DNA from: Scyliorhinus canicula
Lineage: Eukaryota
Reading direction: 5' to 3'
Assembly (NCBI RefSeq): GCF_902713615.1
Contig: NC_052161.1
Location: 4,195,698 to 4,259,697, forward strand
DNA length: 64,000 nt
The position numbers and the translations under genes were made by a program. Below the pieces are notes generated by a model. That model was not told the origin of the DNA and did not search any database. It saw only the letters and a program-made list of their open reading frames with translations. Positions 1 through 10,699 of this stretch are shown here, piece by piece. Position 1 is the stretch's first letter. Each line of letters starts with the position of its first letter.

Positions 1-450
1 GAATACTCCCCACTTGCCTGGATGTGTGCAGCTACAACAAAACTCAAGCAGCTCAACATTGTCCGGGACAAAGCAGTCAGCTTGATTGTCACTCCCTCCA
101 TCAATGATGAACAGTGGCAGCCGTGTGTACCATCCACAAGATGCACTGCAGCTACTCATCAAGACTCCTTCGACAGCACCTTCCAAACCTAGAAGGACAA
201 GGGCAGCAGACTCATGTGAACAGCACCACCTGTAAGTTCCCCTCCAAGCCATACACCATCCTGACCAAGAAATATTTTGCATTTCCTCCATTGTCACTGA
301 GTTAAAATCCTTAACAACACTGTGGGAATACCTACACCACAGGAATTTAGCAGCTGAAGGCAGCGCTCATCACCACCTTCTCAAGGGACATTAAGGATGG
401 ATAATAAAGCTGGCCTCGTCAACAATCCCTACATTCCTTGAACAATATTA
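1..450 (+). mobile_element. L2/CR1-group LINE 3' end
   Basis: degenerate ORF2 C-terminus (EYSPLAWM...) and tail CAGCGCTCATCACCACCTTCTCAAGGG...; related tails at ~16030-16205 and ~22040-22130. Confidence 0.5.
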
Positions 451-626
451 AAAACAATCCTAAGTCTCTTCACATAACAAATCCCTCGTCCCTGGTATAA
501 TTCTAGTAAATCTCCTCAAACCCTCCACAAGGTTGACGACTTTCTTCAAGAATGGCACCCAGAATTGGCCACAATTTAGCTGGGGCCCAAGTGTTGTAAA
601 AAGATTTAGCATAATTTCCTGATTTT

Positions 627-1197
627 TGGAGTGGGTTCTTTCAGGGGGTAGCAGATGAGTGTGAAAGGTGTGGGCGGGGGTCAGCGAATCACGCGGACAT
701 GTTTTGGGGTTGCGAAAAATTTGGAAGGTTCTGGCGGGAGTGTTCGTGGTCTTAGCCAGGATGGTGAAGGAGGAGGCTGATCCGGACCCTTTGGTGGTGA
801 TATTTGGGGTTTCGGAGAAGCCGGAGCTCATGGAGAGAAGGCAGGCGATGTTGTGGCCTTCGTCTCTCTGATTGCACAGCGACAAATTTTGCTGGAGTGG
901 CGGTCGGTATCACCACCGGGAGTAGCAGCAAGGTTGGGTGATCTGTACAACTTCCTGCGGTTAGAGAAGATGAAGTATGAGTTAAGGAGCTCAGCAGGGG
1001 AGTTTGAGAAAAGGTGGGGGATGTTTGTGACCGTGTTTGAGGAGCTATTTGTCGGTGGGTGATGGGGAGAGGGGGTGAAAAAGGAGAAAAATCTGTACAG
1101 GTTATATAGTTGATTGTTGGGAAGTATGTTTCCCAGGGTGATTACTTGCTGAAATTGCTTTGATACAAGTTTGTAATAAAATACGTTTAAAAAAATA
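627..1197 (+). mobile_element. 5'-truncated L1-clade LINE
   Basis: Cys/His-rich ORF2 C-terminus remnant (NHADMFWGC), A-rich tail, perfect 16-bp TSD ataatttcctgatttt (611-626 / 1198-1213). Confidence 0.85.
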
Positions 1198-1325
1198 ATA
1201 ATTTCCTGATTTTGTACTCCATGTAGAAAGTTAAGGATTCCGTTCACTTTTACGACAATCTTAAAGACTTGGATTGATTTGTGTGCAAACTTACTTTTGA
1301 GCTGCTTCTCCTTTGCCATTCTCAG

Positions 1326-1499
1326 GAAGCTTGCAAGATCCCTGGCATCGGCAAAAGCATGGCTGAGAAAATCAGAGAGATACTACAGAGTGGTCACCTG
1401 CGCAAGCTTGACTACATCAATGAGAGCGTGCCAGTGCTGGAAACCTTCTCGAATATCTGGGGAGCTGGTGTGAAGACAGCCCAGATGTGGTACCAACAG
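1326..1499 (+). CDS. POLL: DNA polymerase lambda, internal exon (human exon 6 equivalent; HhH region)
   Basis: ctcAG|GAA...CAG|GTggga; 174 nt; [58 protein letters not shown] matches the Pol X/lambda GIG and GAGxKTA motifs. Confidence 0.97.
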
Positions 1500-2004
1500 G
1501 TGGGATGCTGGTTTTGCAGTGCTTTATATTCTTTGAGTTTACTGTTGTCTTCATGGTCTCCTGCACCTCCAGAAAGCCAGCCCCAGGTTGCTGCATGCTA
1601 CACCAAAGCCTGGTCAGAACATCGCACAGTGAGTGCTTCATATAATATAGATTACTGTGAAGTGAGATGACTGCAATGTAAATGTATCGGGAATTCCTTT
1701 GGGAGGGGAATGTTGGCCGGGATTCCTGGAGATTTACTGCTTCAGTGGCAATTTAATGCACTTGTACTAATGCAATTTAATGCCTTTGTCTTTGTTGGAG
1801 AGCAGTGCTGGTCTGTCACTGTGCAGCATGAAGTGATTGGATGTGGTGATTCCCACATGCTCCGTTCCCAATGTGGGGAGATATTGAACGCAGGGAAATC
1901 CAGCAGAGCATCACCCACACAGCAGGAAATAAAGTTGTCCAATTTCCTGTTTCGCCACATCAAGCTGAATGTGACTTTTCTCCATTATCCATCCCTCACC
2001 TTTT

Positions 2005-2760
2005 CCCAAAGTTACTGGTTCTCCCTGGGGAGATGCGTAGGAAATCGGAAGCACAAAGGGACTTGGGAGTCCTTGTTAAAGATTCTCTTAAAGTTAAAGT
2101 GCAGGTTCAGTCGGCAGTTAGGAAAGCCAATGCAATGTTAGCATTCATGTCGAGAGGGCTAGAACACAAGACAAGGGATGTACTTCTGAGGCTATATAAG
2201 GCTCTGTTCAGACCCCATTTGGAGTATTGTAAGCAGTTTTGGGCCCCGTATCTAAGGAAGGATGTGCTGGCCTTGGAAAGGGTCCAGAGGAGGTTCACAA
2301 GAATGATCCCTGGAATAAAGAGCTTGTCATGTGAGGAACTGTTGAGGATTCTGGGTCTGTACTCGTTGGGAGTTTAGAAGGATGAGGGGGGATCTTATTG
2401 AAGATACTGCGAGGCCTGGATAGAGTGGACGTGGAGAGGATGTTTCCACTTGTAGGAAAAACTAGAAGCAGAAGACACAATCTCAGAATAAAGGGAAGAT
2501 CCTTTAAAACAGAGATGAGGAGGAATTTCTTCAGCCAGAGGCTGGTGAATCTGTGGAATTCTTTGCCGCAGAAGGCTGTGGAGACCAATTCACTGAATGT
2601 CTTTAAGACAGAGATAGATAGGTTCTTGACCAATAAGGGGATCAGGGGTTATGGGGAGAAGGCAGGAGAATGGGAATGAGAAAAAATATCAGCCATGATT
2701 GAATGGCGGAGCAGACTCGATGGGACGAGTGGCCGAATTCTGCTCCTATGTCTTATGGTC
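2005..2760 (+). mobile_element. CR1-clade LINE 3' part
   Basis: LYKALFRPHLEYCKQFWAPYLRKD...RVQRRFTRM ORF2 C-terminus plus CR1 3' tail. Confidence 0.9.
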
Positions 2761-2934
2761 TTCATCTGCACAGGAGGCACTGGCTCACAGTCCCTCGTCA
2801 GTCCTTCTCCTCATCCACAAGCAACCATTTCATCCTGCGTCAGGAGCAGGAACTCTGATGGATTTCTTTTTTTACCCTCCAAGAATTTCCTCTCTCTAAC
2901 CTCAGGATGTTCACACCAGCAACAGTGAGCCTCC

Positions 2935-3045
2935 ATTGCCTTTGCTAGCATTTACTTAACAACTATGACTACAATTGAGAAGTACCTCATTGGCTGTGAA
3001 GAACTTTGGCACTTCCTGAGGTCATGAAAAGTGCTACAGAAATGC
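2935..3045 (+). mobile_element. DeuSINE-like (SacSINE1-type) tail fragment
   Basis: GACTACAATTGAGAAGTACCTCATTGGCTGTGAAG...CTGAGGTCATGAAAAGTGCTA tail; family recognised from memory. Confidence 0.5.
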
Positions 3046-3267
3046 TTTAAAACATGCAAACAGATAGAGAACCATCAGCTATCAGTTTACCTATCCCCAG
3101 CATTCCCTTGTTGAAGTTCTGATGATCTCATTTGTTGATGAGTCCTGTCTAATTCCACCTCTTTGGACGGTAATCTGTTCAACATACTCTCTTTCTGGTA
3201 AAAAGAAGTCCTATAATTGTCCTGCACGTTACATTTCAAAGCTTTAGTACTTTGACATGTTTTACAG

Positions 3268-3396
3268 GGATTCAGAACTTTGGATGACATTCACACGAAA
3301 GCTAGTCTTACTAAGCAGCAGACGATTGGCCTCAAACACTACCACGATTTCCTGGACCGAATGCCCAGGGATGAGGCTGCAGAGATTGAAAAAACT
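3268..3396 (+). CDS. POLL: DNA polymerase lambda exon (human exon 7 equivalent)
   Basis: tttacAG|GGA...ACT|GTGAGT; 129 nt; [43 protein letters not shown]; not in the ORF track (no ATG). Confidence 0.97.
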
Positions 3397-4327
3397 GTGA
3401 GTACTTTGTGGTTCTGTTTACAAGATGTGTGTGCTACTATTTCACAATAGTAATTCAGTCTAATGGGGATGGAGGAGAGGAGGCATCCTCTGGAGAGAGT
3501 CATAGAATTCTACAGCGATGAAAGAGACCTTTCGGCCCATCTCCCTGTTCTGACTCTGAAAGAACTGTTCACATATTCTGCCGCGCACCTACCAACAAAT
3601 GCAACCTCTGATTTTCTCCGCTCTCACAGTTGAAAGGTTGCATGTGCTATGTTTGCGAATATTTGGACAGGATTAACTGGGATCTGTGGATGTGGGAACA
3701 GGATTTGATGATGTGAAGTGGATTTAGGCATGCAGGGTGGGATTTGAGGATATCCTGGGAGGGATTGAGGATTTTCCGGGCTCGTGGATGTTTGAGAGGA
3801 GTACTGGAATGCAGGAGTGGAATTGGGATGCAAGACCATGATCGGGGATGTTTACAGGATAGGGAATGTGTTATGGGAGGATTTGGGGATTTGGAAATAT
3901 AGAAGAGGACTTCAGATTCCACCATGGCCAGTTGTGAATCTGAAATAATAAACATGTAAGATTTTTATAACTCCAAACCAGTTCAGGAATCTTTTCAAGG
4001 AAATTAATCTTTCACCTTTGCCTATTCCTTTAAAACCCATTGAAATGGCCCCACAACCTTTTCAATGGTACAGACAATGGCTATAAATATGTAGGCCTGG
4101 CCCGCACTGCCAGGGGAGGTGGTGGATATGATAGAGGCGCCCAAAAGGCATATTGATGAGTACATGGCTAGGATTTAAATAGAGGGATACGGACCCTGGA
4201 AGGTTTTAGTTGAGACAGGCATCATGATTGGCGCACGCTTGGCGGGCCAAAGGGCCTGTTCCTGTTCTGTACTGTTCTTTGTTGACTCCTCAAAGCAAAT
4301 GAGATTTGGTCATGAATGGCCGAGCTT

Positions 4328-4548
4328 GGCGGCACGGTGGCGCAGTGAGTAGCACTGCTGCCTATGGCACTGAGGACCCGGGTTCGATCCTGCCCTGGGT
4401 CACTGTCCGTCTGGAGTTTGCACATTCTCCCCGTGTCGGCATGGATCTCACCCCCACAACCCAAAGATGTGCAGGTTCGGTGGATTGGCCATGCTAAATT
4501 GCCTCTTAATTGGAAAAATAATAATTGGGTACTCTAATTTTTTTTTTA
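4328..4548 (+). mobile_element. HE1/V-SINE-type SINE, short A/T-tailed subfamily
   Basis: tRNA-like head with A/B boxes, GGAGTTTGCACATTCTCCCC core, tail TAAATTGCC..TTAATTGGAAAAA..GGGTACTCT. Confidence 0.9.
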
Positions 4549-5399
4549 ATGAATGACCTTGCCAACTTTACCCACACCATCAGTTATAATTAAAAACAAA
4601 TGCCCCTCGTTGCTGGTAGTATGGCAGGGTGACTTACATTTAGCGATGAAACAGCAGTCCCTCCCTTCAACATAATCTATTGTCTGACACATTGAGTCAC
4701 GCTAACAATGCAAGAGTGGGGGGGGTTTCTGTAGAAACATTGATTTCCATGTTTGTCATCTGTGTTTCCAGTTCATTGTTGCGTCTTTATTGAACTGAAT
4801 GTATCATGGCTGCCCCCAGACATTCCCTCATGGTTGGGGTCACATGACTATAGCAAGCCAGGACGGACACTCAGTAACGATTGCATTTCAAAACCCAGTC
4901 ATGTGGGTTCCATAACAAACAAAAGATAAATTTCCATGCACTATCACACGTAACTGTGAGTTACCCACTATATCAAAGCTGCATTAATAAGCTGTTCATT
5001 ATTCTCGTTAAGTCCCTGCAAATGTTTTGCACACATTGCTCCGTTTCTGTTTTTGCGGACCAATTGACCTTTGGAACTGATGGTCATTCTGTACTCTGTG
5101 CAGCTGATGAAATCCTATCTTCATGATTGGTTGCCTGCAGGAACAGCCTGTCTAGTTGCTGTATATACTGTGGTTGTGCCAGCATATTTGATCATTCACT
5201 TCCACCACGTACGGTCGAGCTGTCAACTGCTCCACGCATGTCCCAAGTTGCTACGTGGGCTGACGCCTGTTAAGAGCAATTAAGGTTTATACCCTGACTG
5301 ATTCTCCAATACTCAACTCTGGCAGTATTGTCAAAATGAAATTTGTCTGCCGTTTCACCTTGATTTTTTTCACTCATTCCTATTACTACTGGCTTTGGA

Positions 5400-6300
5400 A
5401 ACTTTTTTGCTATTGGAAAAGTAGTTTATGCGCTGCGTCTTTGGACTGGACTACTTTCCATGCCTTCCGTCGATGTGTTTCTCCACTCGGGAATTGCCAT
5501 GATATCTTTGGCAATTTTCACTGCCCCTCAGCTTTTCCATTTGACTGAGGATTGTGCAGAGATGATGTATAGTGTTGAAATTCCCAATCCTTTGGGAAGC
5601 TGCTGAAATCTTTACTCATGAACTGAGGGCTATTGTAACTCATCACAATGTCTGGAATGCCATAAGGACTGAAGTGAACTTTCAAATAGTCTACAGTGAC
5701 AGAATAATCTGTTCCTGGTGGAGCGATGAGGTCTACTTCCAGCTTCAACCATGATCTGTCAGGGCTGTCATGCCTCATCAACAGCTCTCTAGTTTGTTTT
5801 GCTTGGCACTTGTTACGCGCACCACACTGGCAGATATGCCGGGATTCTCCAAAATTCCTAAACTGCTCCACTCTCTACTTCCTCTTCCTCCAAACTCCCT
5901 AAACTGCTCCACTCTCTACTTCGTCTTCCTCCAAACTCCCTAAACTTCTCCACTCTCTACTTCCTCCTCCAGACATTTCTTAAAACCTACCACTCTGACC
6001 AAGCATTTGAACATCTGTCCAAATGTCAGTTTCTGGATCGGTGTCAAATTTTGTTGATAGTGCTCCTGGGAAGCCTCTGGGGACCTTTCTGCTCAGTTCG
6101 GGTGCTATGTGCTCAGTTCAAACTGTTGTTGAAGTGTAGTCACTGTTGCAGTGGAGGCAAATGTGCCATTTCTTGCCACAAGACAAGTGATACAAGAACG
6201 GGTCAGAATCCCAGGGTTTTAAGTGAATTAGATAGGGAACCCAGGAGTATTTTGCGCGAACAGGAATCTGCCTGCACGGTTAAAAGCTGGCTGTGATAGA
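5400..6300 (-). mobile_element. decayed Gypsy-type LTR retrotransposon pol (integrase) fragment
   Basis: ORF 5518-5871: YGIPDIVMSYNSPQF...HYTSSLHNPQSNGKAEG, an rve core motif; interrupted by a 41-bp repeat. Confidence 0.7.
5846..5970. repeat. 41-bp tandem repeat, about 3 copies
   Basis: cctaaactgctccactctctactt... recurs at 5857, 5898, 5939. Confidence 0.9.
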
Positions 6301-6979
6301 GATGTATGCTCTATTCTTGATGGACAGTTCCTGCTGAGCACTCCCCCACATGCACAGCTGTCCCCAACAGTTGTCACGGGAACAACGAGCAGCTCAAAAC
6401 CGTGACACCGGCACGGAGTGTCAAACCCGAGGAATGCGTCTCGGTGGGAGAGGGAAGAGGTGTAGTCTGCCATTCATTCCCGTTTCATTGTGGCACATAA
6501 ATAGGGATTGGGCCTCCTATCCTGGATTGTAGGGAGAGAGCACCAACTTTAGCTCTCAAATCAATCAGAGGACCCAACTGTTGTCATTTTGGGGGGAGCA
6601 AAGCCCATTGTTCAGTGATAGGATTACTCACAGCAATGACTGGGACTCTATTGAGGCTGTAAGGAGTTGGAAAGGGATTAACAGGATTAGACCGTCTATC
6701 TGTGTATCAAACGGATTAGCTCAATTTGACGGAAACTGTCAAGATCCTTCCAGCTCTGATGCCTGACAATGCAGTTACAATCAATGGCTTCACTGCAAAA
6801 CCTGTGCATTTATATATTCAAAAGTGTATATTTAGGAGCACCTTAGAGGAGGAGGCACGAGAAATTAAATCAGTTAAGAAGCTTCTAACAAAAGGAAAGA
6901 AGATCATGAGGCAGAGGGGGGAGAGAGAGAGAGAGAATGTCGCAAGGTTGGGGATGGAGAAAGAACTGAGAATGGAAAG

Positions 6980-7528
6980 GGGGATGAGCTGGAATACGGT
7001 GTGGGAGGAGGGGGAGAGAGGGATGAGCTGGGATCCAGTGTCGGAGATGGGGAGAGAGGGATGAGCTGGGATCCAGTGTAGGAGGAGGGGAGAGAGGGAT
7101 GAGCTGGGATCCAGTGTAGGAGGAGGGGAGAGAGGGATGAGCTGGATCCAGTGTAGGAGGAGGGGAGAGAGGGATGAGCTGGGATCCAGTGTAGGAGGAG
7201 GGGAGAGAGGGATGAGCTGGGATCCAGTGTAGGAGGAGGGGAGAGAGGGATGAGCTGGGATCCAGTGTAGGAGGAGGGGAGAGAGGGATGAGCTGGATCC
7301 AGTGCCGGTAAAGTACGGGATGAGCTGGAATCCAGTGTAGGAGGAGGGGAGAGAGGGATGAGCTGGGATCCAGTGTAGGAGGAGGGGAGAGAGGGATGAG
7401 CTGGGATCCAGTGTAGGAGGAGGGGAGAGAGGGATGAGCTGGGATCCAGTGTAGGAGGAGGGGAGAGAGGGATGAGCTGGGATCCAGTGTAGGAGGAGGG
7501 GAGAGAGGGATGAGCTGGGATCCAGTGT
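6980..7528. repeat. 38-bp G-rich minisatellite, about 14 copies
   Basis: unit gggatgagctgggatccagtgtaggaggaggggagaga; ends about 35 nt before the POLL exon 8 acceptor. Confidence 0.97.
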
Positions 7529-7563
7529 TGGTCATTATCAGTCATTCTTTCCTGTGTTGCCAG

Positions 7564-7732
7564 GTGAGTGACATGGCTCACTCGATTAATCCAACCCTGA
7601 TTGCTTTGGCCTGTGGTTCCTATCGACGCGGGAAACCCACCTGTGGGGATGTGGACGTTCTCATCACGCACCCAGATGGAAAATCGCACATCGGTGTCTT
7701 CACCAAGATCCTTGCTGGGCTCAGGGACACAG
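7564..7732 (+). CDS. POLL: DNA polymerase lambda exon with catalytic DxD (human exon 8 equivalent)
   Basis: gccAG|GTG...ACAG|GTGAGT; 169 nt; [24 protein letters not shown] nucleotidyltransferase motif. Confidence 0.97.
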
Positions 7733-7897
7733 GTGAGTGTAACCATGGCAGTAGGTGCAGGTACAAACCTACGCAGTACAGGTATCCTCGGTGTCCTGTA
7801 CAGGAGGCGATTCTCACAACGCCCCCAGGCAGGATCGGGGAGGGCTGCACTCTCCCACTCCGAGGGATTGAGGATTCAATTCCTGCTCCAGAGACTT

Positions 7898-8131
7898 CTT
7901 TAAAAAAATAATAAATTTAGAGTACCCAATTCCTTTTTTCCAATTAAGGGGCAATTTAGCGTGGCCAATCCACCTAACCTGCACATCTTTGGGTTGTGGG
8001 GGTGAAACCCACTCAAGACAGGGGGAGAATGTGCAAACTCCACACAGAGAGTGACCCAAAGCTGGGATCGAACCTGGAACCTCGGCGCCGTGAGCTGCAG
8101 AGCTAACCACTGTGCCACCGAGCTGCCCCTA
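7898..8131 (-). mobile_element. HE1-type SINE, short subfamily
   Basis: full head and core; 12-bp TSD with 1 mismatch ctc(c/a)agagactt (7886-7897 / 8132-8143). Confidence 0.9.
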
Positions 8132-8159
8132 CTCAAGAGACTTAATCCACGCCGACACT

Positions 8160-8375
8160 CCAATACAATACAGAGCACTGCACCTTCAGAGGTTCCACCT
8201 CAGATCAGACATTAAACCAAAGCACCATCTGCCCTCAGGTGTACGTAAAGGATCGCACAGCTATTTTATCAGAGTCCAGGGAAGTTATATTAAGTGTCGG
8301 AACCAATATTTACCCTCAAACACAATAACAGATTATCTGGTCATTTATCAAATTAGTGCTTGCGGAAGGAACAGC
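8160..8375 (+). mobile_element. DeuSINE-like SINE core fragment
   Basis: GCACTGCACCTTCAGAGG...CAGATCAGACATTAAACC...ACAGATTATCTGGTCATT; similar relics at ~23440-23700 (+) and ~44130-44480 (-). Confidence 0.55.
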
Positions 8376-8390
8376 TGTGTTTTTGATATT

Positions 8391-8902
8391 GAGTACTCCA
8401 GTCACCCCGCTCCGGGAGTGTTCCAGTCACCCCGCTCCGGGAGTGTTCCAGTCACCCTGCTCCGGGAGTGTTCCAGTCACCCTGCTCCGGGAGTGTTCCA
8501 GTCACCCCGCTCCGGGAGTGTTCCAGTCATCCTTCTCCGGGAGTGTTCCAGTCACCCCGCTCCGGGAGTGTTCCAGTCACCCCGCTCCGGGAGTGTTCCA
8601 GTCACCCCACTCCGGGAGTGTTCCAGTCACCCTGCTCCGGGAGTGTTCCAGTCACCCCGCTCCGGGAGTGTTCCAGTCATCCTTCTCCGGGAGTGTTCCA
8701 GTCACCCCGCTCCGGGAGTGTTCCAGTCACCCCGCTCCGGGAGTGTTCCAGTCACCCCCCTCCGGGAGTGTCCCAGTCACCCCGCTCCGGGAGTGTCCCA
8801 GTCACCCCGCTCCGGGAGTGTTCCAGTCACCCCGCTCCGGGAGTGTTCCAGTCACCCCGCTCCGGGAGTGTTCCAGTCACCCCGGTCCGGGAGTGTTCCA
8901 GT
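8391..8902. repeat. 25-bp CpG-rich minisatellite, about 20.5 copies
   Basis: unit gagtgttccagtcaccccgctccgg, contiguous, no spacers. Confidence 0.98.
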
Positions 8903-8910
8903 CTGTAGAT

Positions 8911-9146
8911 ACTCTGTATCTAACCCCGTGCTGTACCTGCCCTGGGAGTGTTAGATGGGGACAGTGTAGAGGGAGCTTTACTCTGTATCTAACCCCGTGC
9001 TATACCTGTCCTGGGAGTGTTTGATGGGGACAGTGTAGAGGGAGCTTTACTCTGTATCTAACCCCGTGCTGTACCTGTCCTGGGAGTGTTTGATGGGGAC
9101 AGTGTAGAGGGAGCTTTACTCTGTATCTAACCCCGTGCCGTACCTG
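8911..9146. repeat. 69-bp minisatellite, about 3.4 copies
   Basis: actctgtatctaacccc... starts at 8911, 8980, 9049, 9118. Confidence 0.97.
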
Positions 9147-9239
9147 ACTCAAGCCTGTCCTGAGTAGATTTATCGAGAAATCTTCAGTTTCACGATTACG
9201 GAATATTTGTTGAATAAAGTTTGTATTGTCTTTTGAAAG

Positions 9240-9601
9240 GATTTCTCACCGATGATCTAGTCTGCCGGGAGGACATTGGAAACCAAAAGAAATATCTGGG
9301 AGTTTGCCGGCTTCCGGGTCCTGGGCATCGTCACCGGCGGCTTGACATCATCGTGGTGCCATACAGTGAGTTTGCCTGCGCCCTTATGTACTTCACTGGC
9401 TCCGCACATTTTAACCGCTCCATGCGGGCATTGGCCAAGACAAAGGGGATGAGCCTGTCGGAGCACACACTGAACTGCCACGTCCTGAGGAAGGGAAGTG
9501 CCAAGATCAGCACTGGTGTGCCAATCTCCACCATAACCGAGCAAGACATCTTTCAGCAGCTGGGACTGCCGTACAGGGAACCATGTGAGAGAGACTGGTG
9601 A
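9240..9601 (+). CDS. POLL: DNA polymerase lambda terminal coding exon
   Basis: gaaAG|GA TTT; GFLTDDLV...[32 protein letters not shown]...[13 protein letters not shown]; third catalytic Asp, YFTGS and the Pol lambda C-terminus. Confidence 0.97.
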
Positions 9602-9921
9602 TGTCCTTCTGGAGGATGGCAGAGAGACTGGTGACATCCTGCTGGAGGATGGCAGACCGGTGACGTCCTGCTGGAGGATGGCAGACCGGTGATGTCCTGC
9701 TGGAGGATGGCAGAGAGACTGGTGACGTCCTGTTGGAGGATGGCAGAGACTGGTGACTTACTGGTGATGTCCTGCTGGAGGATGGCAGACTGGTGACGTC
9801 CTGCTGGAGGATGGCAGAGAGACTGGTGACGTCCTGCTGGAGGATGGCAGAGAGACCGGTGACTTACTGGTGGAGGATGGCAGAGAGACCGGTGACTTAC
9901 TGGTGACATCCTGCTGGAGGA
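9587..9921 (+). repeat. ~33-bp degenerate VNTR beginning inside the POLL stop-codon region
   Basis: unit gagagactggtgacgtcctgctggaggatggca with deleted and expanded variants. Confidence 0.95.
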
Positions 9922-10330
9922 CGACAGGGCCAGTTTGGCTGTGGCTGTAAGTGTGTCACCCGTTTGGTACTGAACCACACAGGCCAAGAATACACCTGGT
10001 TCAACTCCTGGTTGATGCTAAGCTGCCTGTGTCCATATCACAAAATGACTGTTCCCCTTCGATGAGCTTTACAGTCAGAAAACAAAGCAGCTGTTTTTTT
10101 ACAGACTTGGTCATAGATTAGAAACATAGGGAAGTTATACTTAATCTTAGTGAATCACTGGGTCAGTTGTGTCCAATTCTGACCATCGCACCTTTCAGTA
10201 AAATGTCATGGAAAGGGTGCAAAGGAGATTTCCTGCAGTGGTAGCAGGGATGAGGCTTTTAAATTATGTACAGATCCTGGAGAAACAGGTATTTTCTCCT
10301 TGGGGCGAAGAAACTTAATAGAAGAGATTT

Positions 10331-10558
10331 TTTTTTTAAATAAAAAATTTAGAGTACCCACTTAATTTTTTCCAATTACGAGGCACTTGAGCGTGGCCAA
10401 TCCACCTACCCTGCGTATCTTTGGTTGTGGGGCGAAACCCACGCAGACACGGGGAGAATGTTCAAACTCCACACGGACAGTGACCCAGAGCCGGGATCGT
10501 ACCTAGGATCTCGGTGCCGTGAGGCAGCAGTGCTAACCACTGCGCCACCGTGCCACCC
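10331..10558 (-). mobile_element. HE1-type SINE, short subfamily
   Basis: perfect 14-bp TSD aatagaagagattt (10317-10330 / 10559-10572). Confidence 0.92.
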
Positions 10559-10699
10559 AATAGAAGAGATTTAATAGAGGTGTTTAAATCAATGTTACTA
10601 CTGGTGGACGGTGGGAGGGGTTGGTAAACAGCGATCAAAGATTTACAGTGGGCGTGATTTAACGGAAAGATTTCTAAGTAAGCTTGAGGGACCCCACAC

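Noticed and set aside
4328-4400. tRNA-like sequences (GGTTCGATCC B-boxes) here and in other SINE heads as tRNA genes
   Set aside because: They continue directly into SINE bodies and lack a complete cloverleaf.
8391-8902. 25-bp repeat array as a CRISPR
   Set aside because: Units are contiguous with no unique spacers, there are no cas genes, and the context is a eukaryotic intron.
6885-8954. Long ORFs 6885-7535, 6904-7746, 8112-8954, 8356-9024 and 8468-8908
   Set aside because: Stop-free translations of minisatellites with periodic peptides; no splice or domain support.
9257-9987. Minus-strand ORFs overlapping the POLL last exon
   Set aside because: Antisense shadow of the exon plus the 33-bp VNTR.
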